Assembly (NCBI GenBank): GCA_045635565.1 | Contig: JAZTVX010000077.1 | Span: 1 to 60,980 of the forward strand | From: Alphaproteobacteria bacterium | Lineage (GTDB): Bacteria > Pseudomonadota > Alphaproteobacteria > CAAHEQ01 > UBA3637 | Direction of reading: 5' to 3' | DNA length: 60,980 nucleotides | In this document: one piece after another, positions 20,063-29,612 of the stretch | Layout of the letters: each line of letters opens with the position of its first letter | Numbering within the stretch: position 1 is the first letter of the stretch | Position numbers and translations under genes: made by a program | The notes under the pieces: model-generated | What the model was told of the DNA's origin: nothing | Databases searched by the model: none | The model's input: the letters and a program-made list of their open reading frames with translations, nothing else

Positions 20063-21319
20063 ATGATACAAACAACAACTTTATCAAACGGCATTCGTGT
20101 TATTACCGATTCTTCCGACACATCGGAAAGCATTTCTTTGGGCGTTTGGGTATCCGTCGGAGCCCGCTATGAAACGGCAGACATCAACGGGATATCACAT
20201 TGTTTGGAACACATGGCTTTCAAAGGAACAACAAACCGTTCATCTTTTGACATATCCAAAGAAATTGAAGATGTCGGTGGAATTATCAATGCCTACACAG
20301 GTAAGGATATGACGGCTTATTACGTTCGGGTTCTCAAAGAACACGGGCAGTTAGGATTAGACATCATCACCGACATTGTTCAACATTCCGTCATGGATAA
20401 AACCGAATTGGAAAAAGAAAAAGGCGTTATTATTCAAGAAATCAACATGCAAAATGATACCCCCGATGATTTGGTTTTTGATTATTACAGTGAAACGGCT
20501 TATCCCAATCAGCCGTTAGGTCGAGCCATTTTGGGAACGGCACAAACCGTACGGGATATCAGCAGTCAAAAATTATTGGACTACATGCATACACAATACA
20601 CGACAAAACGTATGATTGTCAGTGCTTCGGGTGCCGTTAATCATGAATCATTTGTAGCCGAATGCGAAAAACGGTTAACACACGTTGCAACACATGATAT
20701 GCCATCAGCCGAAACAGCCGTTTATCACGGTGGCGAAAAACGGGTTTTAAAACCACACGAACAAGTCAATCTTGTTTTCGGATTTGAAGGATTTTCATAC
20801 AATCATCCGGATTATTATGTCGGCAGTTTATTATCTTCCATTCTGGGAGGCGGCATGTCATCCCGTTTGTTTCAGGAAATTCGTGAAAAAAGAGGATTGG
20901 TCTATTCCATTTACGCCTTTAATTCAGCAGAAACAGACACCGGTTCATTTGGTGTTTATGCGGGAACAGGCGAGAAAGAAGTCGTTGAACTGATGCCTGT
21001 TTTATGTGATGAACTGGTCAAACTGCCGGATTCTTTAACGGAAGAAGAAATCAATCGTGCTAAAGCCCGTTTGCGTGCCGGTATTCTGATGCGTCAGGAA
21101 AACATGGCAACACATGCCGAAGCCAATGCTATTGACATGATTATTCACGGTCGGGTTGTTTCTAAACAAGAAGTTATCGACAAAATAAATGCCATTGAAA
21201 TGGCTGATTTACAACGGGTTGCCCATCAACTCACAGCCCAAAAGCCGACATTATCAGCATTAGGTCCGATAAAACACGTCATGGCGTATGATGACATTGT
21301 ACAACGACTCAAAAAATAA
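20063..21319 (+). CDS. M16 family peptidase (MPP-beta-like)
   Basis: HCLEHMAFKGT...EKGVIIQEI is the canonical M16 active-site region. Confidence 0.9.
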   Translation: MIQTTTLSNGIRVITDSSDTSESISLGVWVSVGARYETADINGISHCLEHMAFKGTTNRSSFDISKEIEDVGGIINAYTGKDMTAYYVRVLKEHGQLGLDIITDIVQHSVMDKTELEKEKGVIIQEINMQNDTPDDLVFDYYSETAYPNQPLGRAILGTAQTVRDISSQKLLDYMHTQYTTKRMIVSASGAVNHESFVAECEKRLTHVATHDMPSAETAVYHGGEKRVLKPHEQVNLVFGFEGFSYNHPDYYVGSLLSSILGGGMSSRLFQEIREKRGLVYSIYAFNSAETDTGSFGVYAGTGEKEVVELMPVLCDELVKLPDSLTEEEINRAKARLRAGILMRQENMATHAEANAIDMIIHGRVVSKQEVIDKINAIEMADLQRVAHQLTAQKPTLSALGPIKHVMAYDDIVQRLKK

Positions 21320-21357
21320 AAATGATATTTTTGATTTCACATCGGTAGATATTATCT

Positions 21358-22845
21358 CTACTTTGTGACGTTGTTACGACGTTGTATAATGGTTTGGCGA
21401 TTACGTTGTTCAATACCAGCCAATGCTTCAACAACTGTTCGGGTACTAAATCCCTGACGAATATCAGGACGCTGTGGATAATAAGGTGAATAACCGTTAA
21501 GTGCCTGTTTTTGCTGAACGGGTTTATGTTCATTCAACATATGATACGGCAATGTTGCCGTTGTTTTTAGTGCAACATCAAATGCATCCTGACCGTTACA
21601 GACAATATCCGGTGCATGACCGATGCATTCAATATTTTCCCCTTGTGCATCCCAATAAGTTAATTTTGTTACACCAATACGCAACAAAAATCCACAAGGC
21701 AAATGAACATTCCCCTGTTGGAATTGTTGCATACCACACGTATTTTCACCAATGTAACAGACATTCGGATGATGATAAAAAGACGTGTAAACACTTTCAC
21801 CGGCAGAAGCAACCTCCCTATCCGTCAGAATGTTGATTTTACCCTGATACCCTTGTTGTGGATTAAATGCGTAATATGATTTTGTTTCATCAAATAAGGC
21901 TGTCCGTCCGCCTGAAAAGCACATACGTTTCAATTCGGGAACAGTCTTATCCAAATGACGGGTAAAAATACCGTGTGTATGGAGGGCGTAATTCGATAAA
22001 AACGTATCTCGAATTTCACAGCGTTTAAATGTGTTAATATCATTGCCATATGTCCGACGGGCAATATGGTCAATGGGCTTATCTTCTCCACCCTGATTCC
22101 CCCTAAAATCTAAAATCAATCTATCCCATTTTTGACCTTTCTGACCGTAAATCACATCAAAACATTTAATAAAACGTTTCCAGCGTTTATAATCCGGTCG
22201 AAAAGATAATGAGGCACACGACACAACCAAAATTTTTTCCTGATTGTGTTGCATCACACCGATTTCCCAAATCGGTCGAGCATCTGATGGTAATCGTATT
22301 TTATCCCGATTATGTCGATGAACAGCAAATAATTTCTTTTCCATACCACGGGCATCTGATACACAATATTCAGCACTTAATAATTGATAGCCGTCCGGCC
22401 GATAAGATGTTTTCATTAAATTTTGACCGACACCCTGTGGATGCCTGTTCGAATGATACCCACTCATTCTGTTTTGACCGGTTGCTATAATACAGTGATT
22501 ATCTAAAATATACTGTCCCGCTTGTTGTAAAACAAATTGAAAAAAAGAATCCGCACGCATATCATGCCGAATATGTTGCCATATATGCTCAACGGCTCGT
22601 TTAAATCCTTGCTGATTTTGAACACCGAACCCTTCCCAACCGACATGTTCCACCATCCAACGGGCATAGGCTGCTAAATTTTTTCGCTGTTCTGTCGGGG
22701 AAAGTATTTGTTCCCCTAAATCATTCGTCGGACGATTCAAACAAGCCATTTCGTGAAACGACACACCATTTTGAATCGGCGTTACCAAATCGGCAATCGA
22801 AACGGTTTTTAAAATTTCGTCAAATGTTAAAAAACGACACACCAT
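21358..22845 (-). CDS. S41 (C-terminal processing peptidase)-like protein
   Basis: ILDFRGNQGG and ILTDREVASAGE resemble the S41 DLRxNxGG and xTASAxE motifs. No obvious signal peptide. Confidence 0.6.
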   Translation of the reverse strand: MVCRFLTFDEILKTVSIADLVTPIQNGVSFHEMACLNRPTNDLGEQILSPTEQRKNLAAYARWMVEHVGWEGFGVQNQQGFKRAVEHIWQHIRHDMRADSFFQFVLQQAGQYILDNHCIIATGQNRMSGYHSNRHPQGVGQNLMKTSYRPDGYQLLSAEYCVSDARGMEKKLFAVHRHNRDKIRLPSDARPIWEIGVMQHNQEKILVVSCASLSFRPDYKRWKRFIKCFDVIYGQKGQKWDRLILDFRGNQGGEDKPIDHIARRTYGNDINTFKRCEIRDTFLSNYALHTHGIFTRHLDKTVPELKRMCFSGGRTALFDETKSYYAFNPQQGYQGKINILTDREVASAGESVYTSFYHHPNVCYIGENTCGMQQFQQGNVHLPCGFLLRIGVTKLTYWDAQGENIECIGHAPDIVCNGQDAFDVALKTTATLPYHMLNEHKPVQQKQALNGYSPYYPQRPDIRQGFSTRTVVEALAGIEQRNRQTIIQRRNNVTK

Positions 22846-22927
22846 TATCCGAAGATTCCTTCCTTTATCTTATAAGATACTCGAAAATCACATAAATGTC
22901 AATTTGAAAAAAAATAATAAAAAAAAT

Positions 22928-22956
22928 AGACATTATCATAAAAATGTGATATACTG
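22928..22956 (+). promoter_or_regulatory. sigma70-type promoter
   Basis: TAGACA, 17 nt, TATACT, about 20 nt upstream of the AGGAG RBS of the 22979 gene. Confidence 0.45.
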
Positions 22957-22978
22957 TGTGCTCAACAAAGGAGATAAC

Positions 22979-23776
22979 ATGTTTTTTAAACGCTTGCTTA
23001 ATCTATTTAACAAAGAATCAAAAGCCGAAAAAGAAGCCCGTGAAGCACAAGAAGCAAAAGAAGAATACGATTCCATTGTGTTCACAATGGCTGTATCGAA
23101 TGAAGATTATTATCTTGCTTTAAAACTATTGGAAGAAACACCTGCTTTGGCTCACTATGGTATCGTTGAAGCCGCTCAACCACTTCACCAATTGGCAAAT
23201 GTATTAGCACAAGAAACGCTTAATCCTGAAGCAACACAGTTATATGTCAGTTTATGTGAAGCCGGCATGAAACCACACGCATCAGATATGCCAAAACTCA
23301 TGCAACAAAAACACAATTTACCGATTATATGTCGATTATATAAACAACAACCTCATTTGCAAAAAACCATTCAAAATTTAAATCCGTTATTAACGTTGGC
23401 AAAATCATTAGCAACATGGGATCGTTCTCAACAAGATGTTGATTTATTCGGACGATTTTCACAAATGGGATTAAAAGCCAATCAAAAAATTGTTAAATTA
23501 CTGTTCCGACAACCGGAAAATTTACCGATTATCCGTTATATATTCATGAATCAACCGGAATTATCTCCTGAAAGCAACGGAATAGATGGTCAAAATTATG
23601 TTCGTCATGCCAATCAGACACAAAATTATTCCGGTTTATTATTTTTATATACATTAGGAGCCGAATTATCTGCCCGTCAAATTAAAACGCTTGGTAAGGC
23701 ACGACTGGATACCAACACCCGTTTAAACCGTCGTTTCAACCTGCAACGGAAACAAAAACAAAACATCAATCAATAA
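22979..23776 (+). CDS. hypothetical protein (helical, no family recognised)
   Basis: Start moved to the ATG at 22979 (MFFKRLL), which has an AGGAG RBS. The 25 codons upstream in the track ORF overlap the promoter. Confidence 0.55.
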   Translation: MFFKRLLNLFNKESKAEKEAREAQEAKEEYDSIVFTMAVSNEDYYLALKLLEETPALAHYGIVEAAQPLHQLANVLAQETLNPEATQLYVSLCEAGMKPHASDMPKLMQQKHNLPIICRLYKQQPHLQKTIQNLNPLLTLAKSLATWDRSQQDVDLFGRFSQMGLKANQKIVKLLFRQPENLPIIRYIFMNQPELSPESNGIDGQNYVRHANQTQNYSGLLFLYTLGAELSARQIKTLGKARLDTNTRLNRRFNLQRKQKQNINQ

Positions 23777-23783
23777 GTTTTTA

Positions 23784-23811
23784 TCCCTCGCATATCCTAG
23801 CGAGGGATTTT
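23784..23811 (+). terminator. rho-independent terminator
   Basis: CCCTCGC-atatccta-GCGAGGG followed by ATTTTT. Confidence 0.65.
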
Positions 23812-23977
23812 TGTATCATACTTATGATACAAAATGATATAAAATTCAGAACAAAAAATGTTACCAAACAGGGAACGGCTATGACATGAATCCCATAACG
23901 TGCATGAACCACACACCTGACAATCTGACAAGTGAATAAATTGCATCATTTGACTGTGAATATTTAATCCGTTTTAA

Positions 23978-25462
23978 TTATTTTTGTTGTGGCCTGCGTG
24001 GGGGTAACGGAGGATTCTTACCAAACAACTGTTGTTTAAAATCCGGATGAACACTTTCGGCAAATGATTGAAACTGTTCTAATTCAAAACCACTCAACTG
24101 CTTACCGGAGATAACATTATCTTGCAACGGATTTACCGTTTTTTTGCCTTTCCAGACCTCATAATGTAAATGAGGTCCCGTTGTTCGACCTGTTGATCCG
24201 ACATAACCAATCAATTCTTTTTGTTTGACATAAGAACCGACTTTTAAGCCCTTTTTGTACGCATTTAAATGAGCATAGGCCGTTTCATAGCCACCGGCAT
24301 GACGAATACGAATATATTTTCCATAAGCCCCTTTACGACCTAACTGAATAATTTTACCGTCACCACCGGCATAAACAGGCGTTCCCCGAGGGGCTGCCAA
24401 ATCCAATCCTTTATGAAAAATACGATACATTAAAATCGGATGTGTTCGCCAACCGTATGAAGATGACAATCTGAATTTTTCAATCGGGCGTTTTTCCAAA
24501 GTTCGTTGTTCACGCTGTCCGGTCGGATTATAAAAAGCGGCCGTTCCGGAACGATCTGTGTACCAATAGCGATGTACTTCCTTTTTACCCGATTTAAATC
24601 CAAAATACAAAACCTGTTTGTTTGTATCTAATTCTAAACCGGTTGGTGTCACCTGCTGTGAATAAATAATTTCAAAAGGGTCTTCCGGCTTGAAATCGCT
24701 GTAAAAATCAATTTCATTTCCCAACGCATTGATGATTTGACGAACAATGGCTTTTGGCACCCCGTATTTTTGAGCCGACCCACTAAATGTACGAACGATT
24801 TTTCCTTCAATCCGTTTGTTTTGTGTTTCAACCCGCCCTTCCTGCGAAAAAGGAATTAACAATCCGTCTTCATCTTTTAAAACAGCCACAAATTCATTTT
24901 CCCGAAAGGGCAGTGTCAACCCTAAAAACTCCCCTTTTAAACCGGTAAAGACCATCACAACCGTTCCACGCTGAATCGTCCGCAAATTAACCAACGTTTC
25001 CAACGTATTGGCAATGTTTTTATGCTGGATTTTATCAATATCGGCACGGCTTAACAATTTTAAAAATGTTTCACCTTTTTCCATGGTATATGTATTTAGA
25101 TAAGCTTTTCCCTGACGAACGGCATTTTCCAAATCAACTAATGACGGACCCGTTTCCGGTTCTTCTTCAACAACCGGTTCATCACCCAAATCCGAATGAA
25201 CAACTTCCTGTGCTTCGGGATTTAAAACCGGTTCAACAGCACAATTTGGTGCACAATTGATATCGTCCGGACTGACAACAACCTGTGAATCGGGTTTAAA
25301 CAAAACAAAAGCGCCCAATCCCAGCAAGAGCAACATAACACCTTTGACAACACGGTCAATCCATTTGCGATGCCCGACACCACCGATTTTTTTATACGTT
25401 TTATATCGGAAAATTTTAGATTGCTGTGTTGCTTTTTGTAATCGATTGAGTATTTTCTTCAT
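23978..25462 (-). CDS. M23 family metallopeptidase (MepM/NlpD-like murein endopeptidase)
   Basis: HKGLDLAAPRGTPVYA...HLHYEV is the HxxxD...HxH M23 signature. N-terminal TM anchor. Confidence 0.9.
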   Translation of the reverse strand: MKKILNRLQKATQQSKIFRYKTYKKIGGVGHRKWIDRVVKGVMLLLLGLGAFVLFKPDSQVVVSPDDINCAPNCAVEPVLNPEAQEVVHSDLGDEPVVEEEPETGPSLVDLENAVRQGKAYLNTYTMEKGETFLKLLSRADIDKIQHKNIANTLETLVNLRTIQRGTVVMVFTGLKGEFLGLTLPFRENEFVAVLKDEDGLLIPFSQEGRVETQNKRIEGKIVRTFSGSAQKYGVPKAIVRQIINALGNEIDFYSDFKPEDPFEIIYSQQVTPTGLELDTNKQVLYFGFKSGKKEVHRYWYTDRSGTAAFYNPTGQREQRTLEKRPIEKFRLSSSYGWRTHPILMYRIFHKGLDLAAPRGTPVYAGGDGKIIQLGRKGAYGKYIRIRHAGGYETAYAHLNAYKKGLKVGSYVKQKELIGYVGSTGRTTGPHLHYEVWKGKKTVNPLQDNVISGKQLSGFELEQFQSFAESVHPDFKQQLFGKNPPLPPRRPQQK

Positions 25463-25570
25463 GATTTTACTGTACTCATTTTTATCAATAAGTCAAGTTA
25501 ATTTATCAACACATACACACATATTAACCATTCTAACATATTTTTGTAATAATTTGAAACAATCATTGAT

Positions 25571-25599
25571 TTGTCAAATCCCGAAAAAATCGGTATGCT
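25571..25599 (+). promoter_or_regulatory. possible lpxC promoter
   Basis: TTGTCA, 17 nt, TATGCT. Confidence 0.35.
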
Positions 25600-25628
25600 G
25601 ACGACAACTCATGCAAAGGAGAATAACA

Positions 25629-26579
25629 ATGATTGCAGAAATTAAAACATTAACGTCTTATAAACACTGTGAAAAAACATTACAAAACGCCATTCCGTGT
25701 GTTGGTGTTGGATTACACAGCGGTCAAAAGGTTCACATGACGTTAAAACCTGCCGGTATCGGTCATGGAATTGTTTTCAAAAGAACGGATATTACAGACA
25801 AAGACAATTTAATTCCGGTTAGTCATGATAGCGTTGTTGACACACGGATGTGTTCTTGTGTCGGTAATGCTGATGGCGTTTCAGTTGGCACAATTGAACA
25901 TTTAATGGGTGCATTGAGTGGTTTTGGCATTACGAATATCCTGATTGAATTAGACAGTGCCGAAGTACCGGTCATGGACGGTTCTGCGTCAGATTACGTC
26001 ACGTTAATTGAATGTGCCGGCATCATTAAACAAGATGCTCCGTTAAAAGCCGTTAAAATTTTAAAAGAAGTCAGTTTTGACGATAACAAAGGATCAAGCG
26101 TTTGTCTGTATCCGGCAGAAAAAAATCTTTCTATTGACTTTATGATTGATTTTTCAAAATCAAAAGTCATCGGTCGTCAAGAATATTCTATTACATTATC
26201 GGAAAGAACGTTTAAAGATGCCATTTCTTATGCCCGTACATTCGGCTTTTTGCAGGAGGTGGAAGCCTTACGTTCTATGGGGTTAGCAAAAGGCGGGTCA
26301 CTTGACAACGTGATTGTTGTTGATGGGGACAAAGTTGCCAATAAAGAAGGATTGCGGAGCGAAAATGAATTTGTTGTTCATAAGACATTGGATGCCGTTG
26401 GTGATTTGTATCAATTAGGTATGCCGATTATCGGTCATTTTGCCGGTGTTAAGTCCGGTCATGCTCATACCAATCAATTGTTACGCAAATTGATGGCTGA
26501 TAAGTCTGCTTATACCATTGTTAACATGGACGATTACGAAGAATCATTGTGTCATGTTTCCATGCGTCAATCAGCATAA
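25629..26579 (+). CDS. lpxC: UDP-3-O-acyl-N-acetylglucosamine deacetylase
   Basis: GVGLHSG..V......PA..GI.F.R.D, TIEHLM and HKTLDAVGDL motifs. Start at the ATG at 25629 after AAAGGAG. Confidence 0.95.
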   Translation: MIAEIKTLTSYKHCEKTLQNAIPCVGVGLHSGQKVHMTLKPAGIGHGIVFKRTDITDKDNLIPVSHDSVVDTRMCSCVGNADGVSVGTIEHLMGALSGFGITNILIELDSAEVPVMDGSASDYVTLIECAGIIKQDAPLKAVKILKEVSFDDNKGSSVCLYPAEKNLSIDFMIDFSKSKVIGRQEYSITLSERTFKDAISYARTFGFLQEVEALRSMGLAKGGSLDNVIVVDGDKVANKEGLRSENEFVVHKTLDAVGDLYQLGMPIIGHFAGVKSGHAHTNQLLRKLMADKSAYTIVNMDDYEESLCHVSMRQSA

Positions 26580-26600
26580 TGGTTTTATTGTTAAACACAA

Positions 26601-26628
26601 AAGGCGTATCAACCGATACGCCTTTTTT
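26601..26628. terminator. bidirectional rho-independent terminator between lpxC and csp
   Basis: AAGGCGTATC-aacc-GATACGCCTT flanked by an A-run and a T-run. Confidence 0.7.
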
Positions 26629-26641
26629 CATCTATCTATTC

Positions 26642-26848
26642 TTATAAAGACTTCTTTAAATTGGTGGCACAAATTTTACCGTTTTCTTCCTTTAAATCGT
26701 ACAAGACGGTTTCATCTTCATCTAAACTGCGTAATTTAGCTGCTTGCAATGCCGTAATGTGAACAAAAATATCTTTTTCCCCTTGGTTTGGTTTAATAAA
26801 ACCATACCCTTTTTTGTAATTAAACCATTTTACTTTACCGGTTTCCAT
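26642..26848 (-). CDS. cspA: cold-shock protein (CspA family)
   Basis: METGKVKWFNYKKGYGFIKPNQGEKDIFVH carries the RNP1/RNP2 motifs. GGAG RBS before the ATG at 26848. Confidence 0.9.
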   Translation of the reverse strand: METGKVKWFNYKKGYGFIKPNQGEKDIFVHITALQAAKLRSLDEDETVLYDLKEENGKICATNLKKSL

Positions 26849-27010
26849 ATTAAACTCCATATTTGTGACTAAAAATAACAAAACAACCTATTTGTGTTTT
26901 GTTTGTCTGTACGACAAGATAGAATATAAGAAGCCTCCCCATAAAAATCAAGGCATTCATTTCATTTATTTTATTGAAATTAAAAGTTTTTTTTAATATT
27001 ATTGTATGTA

Positions 27011-27244
27011 CTAATGTACACTTAAACCAATGAGTTCATTTTGATTAACAACGGCAAATGCCACTTCCCGACTGGCAGCATATCCCATTTTTTCTCCTTG
27101 ACCATTGTATATTGACCACACCAACGCATTGTTGTGCGTTTCTTGCTTGATATAAGCCTTATCCATATCAACAGAAAGAGTGTTTTGCAGAAAGTAAGTT
27201 CCCTCATCAAACTCAGGTAAAACAAATTGTTTACTCATCTTCAT
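27011..27244 (-). CDS. DUF1150-like small protein
   Basis: 77 aa ending ...ELIGLSVH, directly downstream of hsp20. This pairing is typical of alphaproteobacteria (recalled from memory). Confidence 0.55.
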   Translation of the reverse strand: MKMSKQFVLPEFDEGTYFLQNTLSVDMDKAYIKQETHNNALVWSIYNGQGEKMGYAASREVAFAVVNQNELIGLSVH

Positions 27245-27683
27245 GCTCCTGCGTCGTTAAAATATGCGATGTTTCTTTTTTCGTCTGAATCGCAATTTGA
27301 CGAATTTTTTTTGGCTTCGCCGGACGATACAAATCAATATTTAACAAACCGTTTTCCAAAAAGGCTTCCGTTATCTTTAAGCCGTCTGCCAACACAAAAG
27401 ATTTAATGAATGACCGACCGGCAATGCCTCGATGTAAAAAATGGCGATTTTCATTCGTCTCTTGTCTTCCCCGAATAACCAGTTGCTTATCTTCAAGAGA
27501 TACATCTAAATCCTGTTCCTTGTAACCGGCAACAGCCAACGTTATCCGCAATGAATCCGGACCCGTTTGTTCAATATTATAAGGGGGGAAACTTTCCGAC
27601 CCTTTGGATATGCGTAACAAAACATCTTCCAATTCATCAAAACCCAACATAAACGGATGATTGAACGGATTGATATTTGCCAT
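27231..27683 (-). CDS. Hsp20/alpha-crystallin family small heat-shock protein
   Basis: PPYNIE...RITLAVAGY...L.V......L.I.G......HRGIA.R.F.R.F.LAD is the IbpA-like ACD. Confidence 0.9.
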   Translation of the reverse strand: MANINPFNHPFMLGFDELEDVLLRISKGSESFPPYNIEQTGPDSLRITLAVAGYKEQDLDVSLEDKQLVIRGRQETNENRHFLHRGIAGRSFIKSFVLADGLKITEAFLENGLLNIDLYRPAKPKKIRQIAIQTKKETSHILTTQEHEDE

Positions 27684-27684
27684 A

Positions 27685-29181
27685 TTATACCCCTTCTTTC
27701 ATTCGCATCATGATATTGTCTTTATCCTTAACCAATTGCGAATCCCGTGACAACAAATTTTCAATTGTTCGAACGGCATGTATAATCGTCGTATGATCCC
27801 GTCCGAATTGTGACCCGATATCCGGTAACGATAAGGCTGTCAGCGTTTTGGCTAAATACATCGCTAATTGACGAGGTCGAGCAATTTTACGTTCACGTCT
27901 GTTGGATTTTAAATCAGATAATCTCAAGCCGTAATAATCAGCCGTAGCCTGTTGAATTTCCATTACGGAAAATTGCCGTTCATAAACCTGCAAAATATCT
28001 TTTAATACCATGCGAGCCGTATCCATGTTAATAGGTGTACCAATCAATTCAGCATGGGCAACCAACCGTTTGAAAGACCCTTCCAACTCCCGAATACTCG
28101 CTGTAATGTTTTTAGCCAGATACCGAATCACATCATCCGGAATATAAACCCGTGTTTCTTCGGCTTTCTTTTGCAAAATACCTAAACGCAACTCATACGT
28201 CGTCGGTTGCATTTGAACAACTAACCCTTGAGCAATGCGTGTTTTAATTCTATCTTCAATCCCTTGCAAATCCATCGGATTCGTATCAGCCGACAAAATT
28301 ATTTTTTTCCCGCGGGCAATCAATTGATTAAATGTATGAAAAAATTCTTCCTGTGAAGCAGGTTTTCCAAAAATAAACTGAACATCATCAATCATTAACA
28401 CATCAACGTCACGAAACAACTTGCGAAACGAATCCGTATTTTTATGTCGCAAAGCCTTAATGAAGTGTTGAAAAAACTGTTCCGACGTTAAATATAATAC
28501 GTTTTGTTCAGGATATAATTCCTTAATACGCCAAGCAATCGCATGCATTAAATGCGTTTTACCCAATCCGACCGACGCATGTAAATATAACGGATTAAAT
28601 ACAACCGTATTGTCTTCGGCAACCCGTCGGGCAGCGGCATAAGCAAATTCATTTGACGGACCAACCACAAACGAATCAAACGTATGACTCTTATCCAAGA
28701 AACAAGGAATTGTTTCCCCATCAACATCAATACGCATTTCAACTTTACCGGCTGCATGCGTTTTAACCGTTTCGACAAAAGAAACATCTGACACACCCGT
28801 CTTGGTATGAAGCGGTTGTATCGTCTGTGTCGAAAGTGCTGTATCACCCTGTTGATTCAATTGAAATGTCAACCCGTCAATCATCGGATTTTCTTTTTGC
28901 CATAGAGCCAATATCTGATCGGCATAATTACGTTTAATCAATTCATGAATACACGGCGACGGCACACACAAATTAACCTGATTATCAACCACTTTATCGG
29001 GTGTTACCCGTTTTAACCAACGTAACGCTAATTTATCACCCATTTGCGTTTCCAATGCCTGACAAACACTCTGCCATTCCTGTTGCAAGGCAGACCCATC
29101 TGCCTGCACACCGTTCGCAACGGTTTCAGAAGAATTGGTTTGTGCAAAAAGCAGTTGTTCTTGTTTCATGCCTGTCAACAT
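27685..29181 (-). CDS. dnaA: chromosomal replication initiator protein DnaA
   Basis: Walker A GLGKTHL, box VII and a C-terminal DnaA-box-binding helix (GRDHTTIIHA). Confidence 0.97.
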   Translation of the reverse strand: MLTGMKQEQLLFAQTNSSETVANGVQADGSALQQEWQSVCQALETQMGDKLALRWLKRVTPDKVVDNQVNLCVPSPCIHELIKRNYADQILALWQKENPMIDGLTFQLNQQGDTALSTQTIQPLHTKTGVSDVSFVETVKTHAAGKVEMRIDVDGETIPCFLDKSHTFDSFVVGPSNEFAYAAARRVAEDNTVVFNPLYLHASVGLGKTHLMHAIAWRIKELYPEQNVLYLTSEQFFQHFIKALRHKNTDSFRKLFRDVDVLMIDDVQFIFGKPASQEEFFHTFNQLIARGKKIILSADTNPMDLQGIEDRIKTRIAQGLVVQMQPTTYELRLGILQKKAEETRVYIPDDVIRYLAKNITASIRELEGSFKRLVAHAELIGTPINMDTARMVLKDILQVYERQFSVMEIQQATADYYGLRLSDLKSNRRERKIARPRQLAMYLAKTLTALSLPDIGSQFGRDHTTIIHAVRTIENLLSRDSQLVKDKDNIMMRMKEGV

Positions 29182-29612
29182 GTCCGTTCCTTGTCCGTTT
29201 CTGTTTTTTATTCATCTTAACTTTGATTGATATACATATAATAAAAGTTTCCACAAAAAAATCAATTAACTTTTTGTTAATTTTTAAAAACAATTTCCTT
29301 GACACAATATATAGTACCAACCAAAACAACATTTTGTGTTTTTAGCGTGTTTTCGATATTTATTGACTTTGTCGTCCCCCTCAAAGCGATACTCCCACAT
29401 CGCTAAAAGTTAACCGATGAACGTCATACCATGATATCACCGACTCGCAAAACAAACGGCATTTTAACAAAATATATTGAGAAGTCAACCTGTTTTTAAA
29501 AAAAAAGACGACTCGAAAATAAAAATTATTCCGTCAAGACATCTTGACAAATATCAGATATATGATAACATGATGAACGTTTTAATAAGTTGAGAGGTTT
29601 TATTTAAAGTCT

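Noticed and set aside
26518-26739. Plus-strand ORF bridging the lpxC 3' end, terminator and csp gene
   Set aside because: It crosses a strong bidirectional terminator and is antisense to the cold-shock gene.
29182-29612. Possible oriC / DnaA-box cluster upstream of dnaA
   Set aside because: Only one or two weak 9-mers (for example GTTTCCACA at ~29248, 2 mismatches to TTATCCACA). There is no cluster of boxes or AT-rich 13-mer array. In alphaproteobacteria the origin is usually not next to dnaA.
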